Assembly (NCBI GenBank): GCA_032090075.1
Contig: DAMDEB010000005.1
Span: 1-42,621, forward strand
Reading direction: 5' to 3'
Source: Caproiciproducens sp.
Lineage (GTDB): Bacteria; Bacillota; Clostridia; Oscillospirales; Acutalibacteraceae
Length of the DNA stretch: 42,621 bases
The notes below the pieces were generated by a model, which saw only the letters and a program-made list of their open reading frames with translations, did no database searches and was not told the origin of the DNA. Positions 34,959-42,621 of the stretch are shown here, one piece after another; positions within the stretch are counted from its first letter, which is position 1, and every line of letters begins with the position of its first letter. The position numbers and the translations under genes are program-made.

Positions 34959-35372
34959 ATGTGGAAATGCCCGAAATGCGGACGCACGTTCGATCATACA
35001 AATCAAGATCACTATTGTGAGAGAATCACTACAATCGACGAATATATCTCCGCACAGCCCGAGGATGTTCAGCCGCTTCTGCAGCAGGTGCGTAAAACAA
35101 TCCGTTCCGCCGCGCCGCAGGCCACAGAGAAAATCTCGTGGCAGATGCCTACCTTTTGGCAGGGCGAAAATGTGATCCACTTTGCCGCGTTCAAGAAGCA
35201 CATCAGTATTTTTCCGGGCGGCGAGGCCACAGAAGTGTTTGCGGAAAGGCTGGCCGGATACAAAACGTCCAAGGGAACGATACAGTTTCCTCTGAATAAG
35301 CCGATTGATTATCAGCTTATTGCCGACATCACACAGTGGCGGATCAAACAGGCGGGAGAAAGACAGAAATGA
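34959..35372 (+). CDS. DUF1801/YdhG-like protein with an N-terminal CxxC zinc knuckle (start 34959 or 34950)
   Basis: [25 protein letters not shown] and KGTIQFP motifs. Confidence 0.85.
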   Translation: MWKCPKCGRTFDHTNQDHYCERITTIDEYISAQPEDVQPLLQQVRKTIRSAAPQATEKISWQMPTFWQGENVIHFAAFKKHISIFPGGEATEVFAERLAGYKTSKGTIQFPLNKPIDYQLIADITQWRIKQAGERQK

Positions 35373-35656
35373 ACTCAAAAATCTATGAGTTTGATGCAAT
35401 CATTTGCAAAGTCCCCGATATAGACGGCGCGTATGTCAAATTCCCATATGACGTGAAAATGGAGTTCGGGAAAGGGCGCGTCAAGGTTCATGCGACTTTT
35501 GATGGCGTGCCGTATGATGGAAGCGTTGTCAATATGGGTGTAAAGAATGCTGACGGCTCAGTTTGCTATATCATCGGTCTGCGCAAAGACATTCGTACGA
35601 AAATCGGGAAGCAACCAGGTGACAGTGTCCACGTCACAATACAGGAGCGCGATTGA
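35369..35656 (+). CDS. DUF1905-like protein
   Basis: GAYV.FP, FG.GRVKV.ATFDG and IRTKIGK.PGD.V.V motifs; ATGA overlap. Confidence 0.85.
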   Translation: MNSKIYEFDAIICKVPDIDGAYVKFPYDVKMEFGKGRVKVHATFDGVPYDGSVVNMGVKNADGSVCYIIGLRKDIRTKIGKQPGDSVHVTIQERD

Positions 35657-35739
35657 TTCGGATCACCCCAACAATACATCAGAAAAAGATTTTGAATGAA
35701 TCAACGGTTTTACTATATTAAAAGGGGAGTGGGATTCAA

Positions 35740-36210
35740 ATGTTTCGCTATGTTCATACCAATATCATCGCTAAGGATGCAAGTAAACTGATTTCCTTTT
35801 ATAAGGATGTGTTTCATTGTAAAAGCATCAACGAAGCACGCAATCTTCGTGGGGGATGGGTAGATCGGCTTACCGGCTTGCATCAGGCCCATATCACCGG
35901 GGAGCATTTGCTTCTGCCCGGTTACGGAGAGGACCATCCGACGCTTGAAATTTTTTCTTATGACACACTGAAAGAAGCAGTGCCTGCAGAGATAAACCGC
36001 CCCGGTCTTGCCCACCTCGCTTTTGAAGTGGACGATGTGGAAGAAACCTTAATGAAAGTGATCAGCAAAGGCGGAAGCCGTGTTGGGGAATTGATCACCG
36101 CGGAATACCCGAACGGCCTGGAAGCGGTATTTGTTTATGCCAAAGACCCGGAAGGCAATATTGTTGAATTGCAAAGCTGGAGACAAAGAAAAGAAGCCGC
36201 ATCAAAATGA
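35740..36210 (+). CDS. VOC/glyoxalase family protein
   Basis: HTNI, FY..VF, LEIF, HLAFEVDD and DPEGNIVELQ motifs. Confidence 0.92.
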   Translation: MFRYVHTNIIAKDASKLISFYKDVFHCKSINEARNLRGGWVDRLTGLHQAHITGEHLLLPGYGEDHPTLEIFSYDTLKEAVPAEINRPGLAHLAFEVDDVEETLMKVISKGGSRVGELITAEYPNGLEAVFVYAKDPEGNIVELQSWRQRKEAASK

Positions 36211-36221
36211 TGCGGCTTCTT
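36191..36221. terminator. Bidirectional terminator between convergent genes
   Basis: aagaagccgcatca/tgatgcggcttctt perfect 14-bp stem. Confidence 0.7.
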
Positions 36222-36264
36222 GATTCATGATGGAAGTACCGCTGAGCGGCCGGGCATTTCCTTT

Positions 36265-36729
36265 TTACTCCTGCTCCTTCAGGTGTGTCTCCGAACTCCG
36301 GCCCGTAGCCATCTGATCGAGGAAAATGCCCGCGATCACAATGAGAAGGCCAAGCAGTTTGAGCGGAACTACTTTTCCAGCCGCAATAGCGTCCAGAATA
36401 AAGCCGGTGCCCAGCTGACCCGCCAGCAATATAATGGTTGAGTACGAAATGCGTACCCGTTCCATCGCGATGACTGTCAGAACCATCGCCACAAGGCCGA
36501 AAACGCCGCCCAGCAGGTTTACCGGCGGAACCGCGGACCAGTGAGAAAGATCGGCAAGGCGGCTGTCACCGAGCAGGAGGACAATCACAAGAGAAATAGC
36601 GGTTGCCTCTAAGTAATTGATCAGAGTTCCGTTGATTGTGCCAAGCGATTTTTTCGCTTCCAGATTGATCATCTTATTGATAATCGTAACAAAACCGTTG
36701 ACCGCGGCGAGCAGGACAAAGAACAGCAT
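36265..36729 (-). CDS. DMT-family (YdcZ-like) membrane transporter
   Basis: About five TM segments; LGGVFG and GQL...ILD motifs. Confidence 0.85.
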   Translation of the reverse strand: MLFFVLLAAVNGFVTIINKMINLEAKKSLGTINGTLINYLEATAISLVIVLLLGDSRLADLSHWSAVPPVNLLGGVFGLVAMVLTVIAMERVRISYSTIILLAGQLGTGFILDAIAAGKVVPLKLLGLLIVIAGIFLDQMATGRSSETHLKEQE

Positions 36730-36745
36730 ACATTTCCTCCTTCTC

Positions 36746-37168
36746 TTATGAGAAAATCATCAGGAGCAGACCGGTCAAAATGACCGCAAAGGCCGGAACC
36801 CGCCGCCAGCTGAATTTGTTGACTGGAACACGAAACCATCCAAAATGGTCTACAACAGCGGAACCCACCAGCTGTGCGGTGATGGAAAGCACCATGGTCA
36901 GGGCTGCGCCGATGTATGTGGTGCTCAGGCTGGTCATCACGATAATCGCAACACCCATAAATCCCACGAAATACACGTAGCGCGGGGCACCCAAAAGCTG
37001 TATTTTTTCTTTCTGAATCAGCTTTGCGGCAGCCAGCAGCATCACCGCTCCGATCAGGTGAACCAGAAAGCTGACCTCAAACAGGTTAAAATCGGCGGCG
37101 AGTCTTCCGTTCAGGCTGACCATCAGCCCCAAACAGATACCGCTTACAAGCAAAAGGAAAAAGTTCAT
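36746..37168 (-). CDS. DMT-family (YdcZ-like) membrane transporter
   Basis: LNG.L and QL.....DHFGWF motifs; about five TM segments. Confidence 0.88.
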   Translation of the reverse strand: MNFFLLLVSGICLGLMVSLNGRLAADFNLFEVSFLVHLIGAVMLLAAAKLIQKEKIQLLGAPRYVYFVGFMGVAIIVMTSLSTTYIGAALTMVLSITAQLVGSAVVDHFGWFRVPVNKFSWRRVPAFAVILTGLLLMIFS

Positions 37169-37230
37169 TGAAAAGCCCCTCCGCGCTTTGATTTATGGTA
37201 TTATTATTGCACAGAATCTGCACAGGCAGT

Positions 37231-37246
37231 TATGACAGATGTCATA
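37231..37246. promoter_or_regulatory. Palindromic operator between the divergent DMT and Crp/Fnr genes
   Basis: tatgaca-ga-tgtcata perfect inverted repeat. Confidence 0.6.
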
Positions 37247-37262
37247 GAAGGAGAGAAATCCG

Positions 37263-37937
37263 ATGAAGTATCTGGAGCTTGGGCAAAAGCCGGAATTGAT
37301 GGAGCAGGTGCGCAGCGTTCAGTCGGAATTGTCTGACGCGGCGTTCCGGTGTTTTCGTTTATGCCGGTTCGACGCGGGGGAGTTTTTGTACACGGAGGGA
37401 AAACAGGCCGGCTGCTTTCTGATTCTGCTCACCGGCAGCTGCAAGGTATTTAAAACGCTCGAGAATGGCCGCACTGTACTGTTATGCCTTTACGACGACA
37501 TTCAGGTGATTGGGGAGTTTGAGCTGTTCGGTGATCCCATCGCCAAAACGAATGTGCAGGCTCTCACGGAAACATACTGTCTCGCGGCCTTCGTTCAGGA
37601 TCAGCGGGAGTGGCTGCTCGCCGATAACTCCTTTTTGCAGTTTGTGTGCCGCCAAACCTGTGCCAAAACGGATCGCAACAACTCGAATATTGCCATCAAC
37701 CTGCTGTATCCGCTGGAGCAGCGGCTGGTGGGGTATGTGCTTGTCATGCAGAAGAACGGTGTGTTCTCGGCCAATTACACGCTGCTTGCTGAATCCCTTG
37801 GCTGCAGCCTGCGGCATCTGCTGCGCACCTTCCGCAGTCTCTGCGACAAAGGCCTGCTGCAAAAGACAAAAGCCGGTTACCGGTTGGCAAATATCGCGGC
37901 GCTGGAAAAGATTGCGGGAAATGTTTACCGTCAGTAG
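37263..37937 (+). CDS. Crp/Fnr-family transcriptional regulator
   Basis: cNMP-binding-like GE.LY.EG and IGEFE motifs; LEQRL; C-terminal HTH LA..LG.S.RHL.R. Confidence 0.88.
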   Translation: MKYLELGQKPELMEQVRSVQSELSDAAFRCFRLCRFDAGEFLYTEGKQAGCFLILLTGSCKVFKTLENGRTVLLCLYDDIQVIGEFELFGDPIAKTNVQALTETYCLAAFVQDQREWLLADNSFLQFVCRQTCAKTDRNNSNIAINLLYPLEQRLVGYVLVMQKNGVFSANYTLLAESLGCSLRHLLRTFRSLCDKGLLQKTKAGYRLANIAALEKIAGNVYRQ

Positions 37938-37976
37938 TTTCACGTCCTGTGAACTTTTTCAACATATCATCTGTTT

Positions 37977-38004
37977 GGCTCTTCGCGCTGCGAAGAGCCT
38001 TTTT
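37977..38004 (+). terminator. Intrinsic terminator
   Basis: ggctcttcgc/gcgaagagcc stem plus ttttt. Confidence 0.8.
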
Positions 38005-38012
38005 GCTTTGTC

Positions 38013-38041
38013 TTGACAAGGCGGAGAAATAGTGGTACTCT
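38013..38041 (+). promoter_or_regulatory. SigA-type promoter for the tetR gene
   Basis: TTGACA-17 nt-TACTCT with an extended -10 TG. Confidence 0.5.
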
Positions 38042-38109
38042 CTTTTTACGACTAAAATAAAAATAACAGTCGCTTTATTTTGAAAAAACAGTCGCAAAGG
38101 GAGGATTCC

Positions 38110-38703
38110 ATGGCGCCGAAAAAATTTGACTGGCAGGAACGGGAAGAAGTTCGGGTGCAGATGCTGGAAGCGGGCTATGATCTGATCCGGCAGTACGGCA
38201 TGACCCACACCTCGGTAGAAAAGATAACGGCTGCCGTGGGTCTCGGCAAAAGTACCTTCTATAATTTTTTCCCGAGCAAAGAGCGCTTTGTCCATGAGAT
38301 GATGGGATATCTGCGTACCCAGCTCATGGATTATTTTCAGCAGCTTCTGGACGGGCGGGAAAAACTGCCGATCCCGCAGGCAAAGGAGTTCTTGAAAAAG
38401 ATCATTTTTAGTGAGCGGAGCATCTATCAGTATTTGACCGCCGAGGATGAGGAAAAGCTGCGCGCCGCCCTGCCGCCGGAATGCTTTCTCGATGCACAGC
38501 ACGAGTCGCAGGTGATGATGCAGCTGTTCGGGAGGATGGAGGGCGTCCGTGCCGATCTGGATGAACATCTGGTGGCCAATCTGCTGAAGATCATGGCGCT
38601 GGCCCAGATCAATCAGGCCGAGCTGCATGCCGACGCACTGGAACGCACGCTGCAAACGATGTATGAACTGCTGTTTTCCTGTATCTTTACGGAGGAGGGC
38701 TGA
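38110..38703 (+). CDS. TetR/AcrR-family transcriptional regulator
   Basis: G...TSVEKI...VG..KSTFYNFF.SKE motif; RBS ggagg. Confidence 0.92.
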   Translation: MAPKKFDWQEREEVRVQMLEAGYDLIRQYGMTHTSVEKITAAVGLGKSTFYNFFPSKERFVHEMMGYLRTQLMDYFQQLLDGREKLPIPQAKEFLKKIIFSERSIYQYLTAEDEEKLRAALPPECFLDAQHESQVMMQLFGRMEGVRADLDEHLVANLLKIMALAQINQAELHADALERTLQTMYELLFSCIFTEEG

Positions 38704-38760
38704 ACACTCCTTTCTTTTGCATATGTGTTATATAAAACTAACAAAGAAAGAAGGCCGGTT

Positions 38761-39486
38761 ATGCGAATGGATACCTACGGGCCAAAAGAAAAGCCCTGTA
38801 TATTGCTGCTGCATACCATGTTTACCACCGGTGCATTATTTAAGGCCCTGATTCCGGCTCTGGTACAGGATTATTTTCTGGTGATCCCCACACTGGACGG
38901 GTACGACCCTGACGAAAAAACGGAGTACCCGGGGGCTGACGAGGAGCTGGAGCGGATCGAAGCCTATTTGAAAGAGAAACAGATTCGGGAGCTCGCAGCC
39001 GCTGCAGGCAGCTCTTTGGGCGCGATGCTGGCCTGGAGGCTGTGGCAGCGCGGCCGGATTCCGATTTACCGCCTGATGCTGGACAGTCCGCCTTTTGGCT
39101 GGAGCGCCGTGCAGGCAGCGGAAAATACAGAGAGCTTCTGGCAGTTGGTTCAGGTGGTGCAGTCCGCTCCGGAGGCCCCCAGTGTGTTTGATGCACACTA
39201 TGGGAGTTTCGGTGCAGGAATGCGGCGCTCCTGCCTGAGTCTTACCCGGGATACGATCCGCCGCTCCTGTGAAACGTGTTTTGGCCCTCAGCTGCCGCAG
39301 CATATTTCGGGCGGCGGCACAAAGATCATTTTGGTTTACGGCGGGGAGGACCCCAATTACCAGTACCAGAAAGAGAATCTGGAAAATCGGCCGGATATTT
39401 CCCTGGTGGTAAAACCGGGCTATGGCCATTGTGGTTTTTTAATGCAAAGTCCGCTTGAGTTTGCCCGTCTGTTAAAGGAGGAATGA
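38761..39486 (+). CDS. Alpha/beta hydrolase fold protein
   Basis: ILLLH, P.LDG, nucleophile motif GSSLG, YG..D and GH motifs. Confidence 0.85.
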   Translation: MRMDTYGPKEKPCILLLHTMFTTGALFKALIPALVQDYFLVIPTLDGYDPDEKTEYPGADEELERIEAYLKEKQIRELAAAAGSSLGAMLAWRLWQRGRIPIYRLMLDSPPFGWSAVQAAENTESFWQLVQVVQSAPEAPSVFDAHYGSFGAGMRRSCLSLTRDTIRRSCETCFGPQLPQHISGGGTKIILVYGGEDPNYQYQKENLENRPDISLVVKPGYGHCGFLMQSPLEFARLLKEE

Positions 39487-39490
39487 AACG

Positions 39491-40006
39491 ATGTCGCCTG
39501 TACTGTCCTCTGTTTTAGAGGGCCTGGTCTGGTCCGCTTTGTGGATCATGATGCTGATGTGCCTGTTCTACCGTTATCCCTGGCTTTTGGTACACGATTA
39601 TCCGCCGGATGCCCGTGCGGCGGCCCGCCTGCCGGAGCCTTCGCCCGCACAGCGCCGGAACGGAATCCTGTTTGCCGTATGCTGCTATGTCATTTTGATC
39701 GGTACGCTGCTCGCAGCGGGGCTGATTCACTACGCCGCCGCTCCGGTATCGTTCGGAACAGTGCTTTTGCACCTGTGGATCATCTGTATGGCCTGGAATG
39801 TGGTGGACCTTCTGGTGATGGATTGGCTGCTGTTCTGCACAATTACCCCGAAGAGTTTTATCTTACCCGGTACGGAGGGCTGCAAGGGGTATAAGGATTA
39901 TAGGTTTCACCTGGTCGGTTTTGGGAAAGGGTGCATTTATATGACACTGTTTGCCCTGATCTTTGCCGCCATCGATTTTGCAATCCTGAAATTTCTTCTT
40001 TGGTAA
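39491..40006 (+). CDS. Four-TM membrane protein of unknown function
   Basis: HDYP, WN.VD...DW, PGTEG and YKDY.FH motifs; RBS aaggagg. Confidence 0.8.
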   Translation: MSPVLSSVLEGLVWSALWIMMLMCLFYRYPWLLVHDYPPDARAAARLPEPSPAQRRNGILFAVCCYVILIGTLLAAGLIHYAAAPVSFGTVLLHLWIICMAWNVVDLLVMDWLLFCTITPKSFILPGTEGCKGYKDYRFHLVGFGKGCIYMTLFALIFAAIDFAILKFLLW

Positions 40007-40179
40007 GCACCGGAACAAGCAGTTCGGGAACAGTTCTTTCACACCCGGATGAGAATACATAAGCGTTTGGCAGGGAGAAAAGTGCCCGATCACCGCACGT
40101 GTTCTGAGGAGAACTCTTTACAAAGATGGCTGGAAATGGTATTATCTGAATAAGAATAAAGGAAAGGATACGACAGAAA

Positions 40180-40341
40180 ATGGGAGTAATCGGAAGTGCA
40201 GACGGCCCAACTTCTATTATCGTGTCTCAGGAACCTTCAGGTATGAGTATGCTCGGTATTTTAGGCATTGCTGCTATTGCAGTCGTAATCGTAATTATTG
40301 CTTTGGTAGCCTGGGCGCTTACCAGACACGGGCGGGAATAG
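40180..40341 (+). CDS. 53-aa single-TM protein with an IG.ADGPT motif (OadB/GcdB-like fragment)
   Basis: MGVIGSADGPTSIIVS...LGILGIAAIAVVIVIIALVAWAL; RBS aaagga; below the size cutoff of the ORF track. Confidence 0.7.
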   Translation: MGVIGSADGPTSIIVSQEPSGMSMLGILGIAAIAVVIVIIALVAWALTRHGRE

Positions 40342-40442
40342 GAAATGAGCTTCGGGTAAGGGGCTTTCTTTTGCTCGGCTTTTTGCCGGGGGACAGATGG
40401 ACCCAATAGAAGCAAATACAAATGAAAAGCGTTTGAATCCCT

Positions 40443-40473
40443 ATCGCAAACAAGGATCTTCCTTGTTTGCGAT
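40443..40473. repeat. Palindrome copy 1 flanking the MFS gene
   Basis: atcgcaaacaagg-atctt-ccttgtttgcgat. Confidence 0.75.
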
Positions 40474-40800
40474 TTAGCTTTCATAAAAAAGATTGAACAT
40501 AGAATCGGGCGGCAAATGTAACGGTAATTTTGCCTCTGTTTGGTTGTCTGCCGCGTGCTGCGGACAGAGATGGAACGAATCCCATTTGGACCACATGGCC
40601 GGGGCAGTTTTTACCCTTTTAAGCTCACATTGCGTGGTTCTTTCGTTTTACAGGTGTTTTGTACGATTGACTTAGGAAGAAACTTTTAGTGAAATTGCAG
40701 TCACGCCTTGTGTTTTCCCGTTGATGCGGCAAGAGAAAGCGAAACGTGAAATGCAGCATCGGCGGGATCGGAAAGATCCGGCTGTTCCGAACGGGGGGTC

Positions 40801-42078
40801 TTGACAATACCGAATAACAAAGCTTCCGTATTTTTGAAAACGACATTCCGGGCGCTCCAATATCGGGATTTCAAGCTGTTTTATTTTGGACAGTGTATTT
40901 CTCTTGTCGGAACCTGGATGCAGCGAACGGCACAGATGTGGCTGGTTTATACCGTTACGAAATCTCCGCTGATGGTCGGCCTGATCGGAGTGGCCCAATT
41001 CACTCCACTTTTGCTGTTCTCTCTTTTCGCGGGCGTCATTGTCGACCGGCTCCCAAAGAAAAAGCTTTTGATTGGCACACAGGCCCTGTTTATGCTGCAG
41101 GCAGTTTTGATGACGGTTCTGACGTATACCGAGCAGATTCAATACTGGCATATCGTGGTGCTCAGTTTTCTATTTGGCCTGACGCAGACGATCGATATGC
41201 CCACACGTCAATCCTTTTTCATTGATCTTGTGGGGCCGAAAGATCTGACAAACGCCATATCGCTCAATTCCACCATTGTCAATCTCGCCAAGATCGTCGG
41301 GCCGGCTTTTTCCGGCATCGTGATGGTGAAGTTCGGGATGACATTCTGCTTTTTCCTCAACGCGGTCAGCTATATTCCGGTGATGATCGGGATTTTTTTG
41401 ATCAGCGCCAAGGGGATTTCCGCGAGGGGAAAGGGAGAAAACCTGATTCAGCAGGTTGTGGAGGGACTGAAGTATATCCGGCAGAGCCGGGTGCTGGTGA
41501 TCAACGTGTTTGCCACCGCGGCTGTGTGCACCTTTGCCATGAACAACGACGTCATCATCCCGGTTTTTGCGGGCTCTGTGCTGCGGCAGGGGTCTGATGG
41601 CTACTCGCTTTTGCTCTCCATGGCGGGGCTTGGCGCCTTTTTGGCTGCGGTGATGATGGCATATCTGAGCAAAAACGGAGTGAAAAGGGTTCTTCTTCCG
41701 ATCAGCGGAATCGCTTCTGCGCTGCTGCAGGTGCTGACCCTCGTTACCCGGCAATTTGCCGTGTGCGCTCTGTTGATCGGGCTGGTGGGATTTTTTAATC
41801 TTCTCTTCGTCAATACCTCCAATTCTCTTTTCCAGACGAATTCTTCAAACGAGTTTCGCGGCCGCGTGATGAGTGTGTATTCTTTTCTGAACCTCGGTTC
41901 GACTCCGATTGGGAATTTTCTTGCCGGCTCGGTGATGGAAAGTGCTGGAGGAGGCTTTGGATATGTGTTTTGCGGCGGCATGACCCTCGTGCTGCTTCTG
42001 GCTATTTTCGTGGTGCAGCGGGAAGAAATTTTGAAATGGTTCTCTCCTTCCCGGGAGAAAGTGCCGCAGGAAGTGTAA
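40801..42078 (+). CDS. MFS transporter (MFS_3/EntS-like efflux family)
   Basis: FRAL...F.L...GQ.IS..GTWMQ, AG...DR..KK, P.RQS and RGRVMS motifs; about 12 TM segments. Confidence 0.92.
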   Translation: MTIPNNKASVFLKTTFRALQYRDFKLFYFGQCISLVGTWMQRTAQMWLVYTVTKSPLMVGLIGVAQFTPLLLFSLFAGVIVDRLPKKKLLIGTQALFMLQAVLMTVLTYTEQIQYWHIVVLSFLFGLTQTIDMPTRQSFFIDLVGPKDLTNAISLNSTIVNLAKIVGPAFSGIVMVKFGMTFCFFLNAVSYIPVMIGIFLISAKGISARGKGENLIQQVVEGLKYIRQSRVLVINVFATAAVCTFAMNNDVIIPVFAGSVLRQGSDGYSLLLSMAGLGAFLAAVMMAYLSKNGVKRVLLPISGIASALLQVLTLVTRQFAVCALLIGLVGFFNLLFVNTSNSLFQTNSSNEFRGRVMSVYSFLNLGSTPIGNFLAGSVMESAGGGFGYVFCGGMTLVLLLAIFVVQREEILKWFSPSREKVPQEV

Positions 42079-42137
42079 TTTCCCGGGCTTGCCGGGAATT
42101 GCCGATGTACGTGCCGACGGGTCTGTTGGCTGATATC

Positions 42138-42172
42138 AGATCGCAAACGAGGAGGCTCCTTGTTTGCGATCT
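42138..42172. repeat. Palindrome copy 2 flanking the MFS gene (terminator-like)
   Basis: agatcgcaaacgagga-ggc-tccttgtttgcgatct followed by ttt. Confidence 0.75.
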
Positions 42173-42186
42173 TTTCAGGAGGATGT

Positions 42187-42612
42187 ATGTGGAATTATAT
42201 TTGGCCGATTTTAATGGTGATTGGAGCGAACGCGCTGTACCATGTGTGTGCAAAGTCAACCCCGCTTACTGTGGAACCGCTGGCTTCCCTCACCGTTACC
42301 TATCTGACGGCGGCAGTCTGCTCTTTGATTTTGTTTTTCCTGGTGGGAGGAAATAAAAATCTGCTGCAGGAAGTTCAGAAAGTCAACTGGACAAGCTTTA
42401 CATTGGGGCTTTCGATTGTTGCACTGGAGCTGGGGTATCTGTTTGTATACCGCGCAGGGTGGAAGGTCGGCATGGGTTCGTTGGTTGCAAATGTAGGGCT
42501 TGCGTGTGTGCTGCTCGTGATCGGCTTTGTCTTTTTTAAGGAGAGCTTCTCCGCCCGCCAGCTGGTCGGTATGGGCATCTGTGTGCTGGGCATCTTTCTC
42601 ATAACCAAATAA
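42187..42612 (+). CDS. EamA/DMT-family small transporter
   Basis: YH...K..P, LE.G....YR.GW and F.E......G motifs; RBS aggagg. Confidence 0.88.
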   Translation: MWNYIWPILMVIGANALYHVCAKSTPLTVEPLASLTVTYLTAAVCSLILFFLVGGNKNLLQEVQKVNWTSFTLGLSIVALELGYLFVYRAGWKVGMGSLVANVGLACVLLVIGFVFFKESFSARQLVGMGICVLGIFLITK

Positions 42613-42621
42613 AAGGGAAGG

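Noticed and set aside
40490..40800. Possible riboswitch in the long MFS leader
   Set aside because: Some short stems are present but no recognisable aptamer consensus.
1..42621. CRISPR arrays, tRNA or rRNA genes, IS transposases, reverse transcriptases
   Set aside because: No regularly spaced repeats, cloverleaf structures, or DDE/RT motifs were seen by eye.

Overview
Most of this window (about 2.9-33.3 kb) is the backbone of an integrative conjugative element (ICE) from a Bacillota/Clostridia-type host, probably Oscillospiraceae-like; that host call is an inference from gene content. In order it carries: TrbL/VirB6-like, VirB4 and NlpC/P60-M23 hydrolase genes; a candidate oriT; an RHH protein; a MobP3/MobL-type relaxase fused to about 12 Sel1 repeats; a DUF3991-Toprim protein; VirD4; regulators; a c-di-GMP-I riboswitch; a sigma-70 region-4 gene; an orphan PemK/MazF; and a three-gene large serine recombinase cluster. 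Cargo includes a YafY/WYL detox operon, a ClpX zinc-finger protein and a cadC-HMA-cadA heavy-metal module. The last 9 kb holds small stress, transport and regulator genes. The left end of the element probably lies upstream of the window. The strongest leads are: (1) a shared C-terminal acidic linker plus M-x-M/L tail on the relaxase, the primase and several accessory proteins, a candidate T4SS translocation signal; (2) a roughly 365-nt pseudoknotted non-coding RNA between the sigma gene and the orphan PemK gene; (3) a C5 DNA methyltransferase with about 13 tandem TRD-like modules and a nested +1-frame second-subunit ORF. Family names come from motif recognition by eye, not from database searches.
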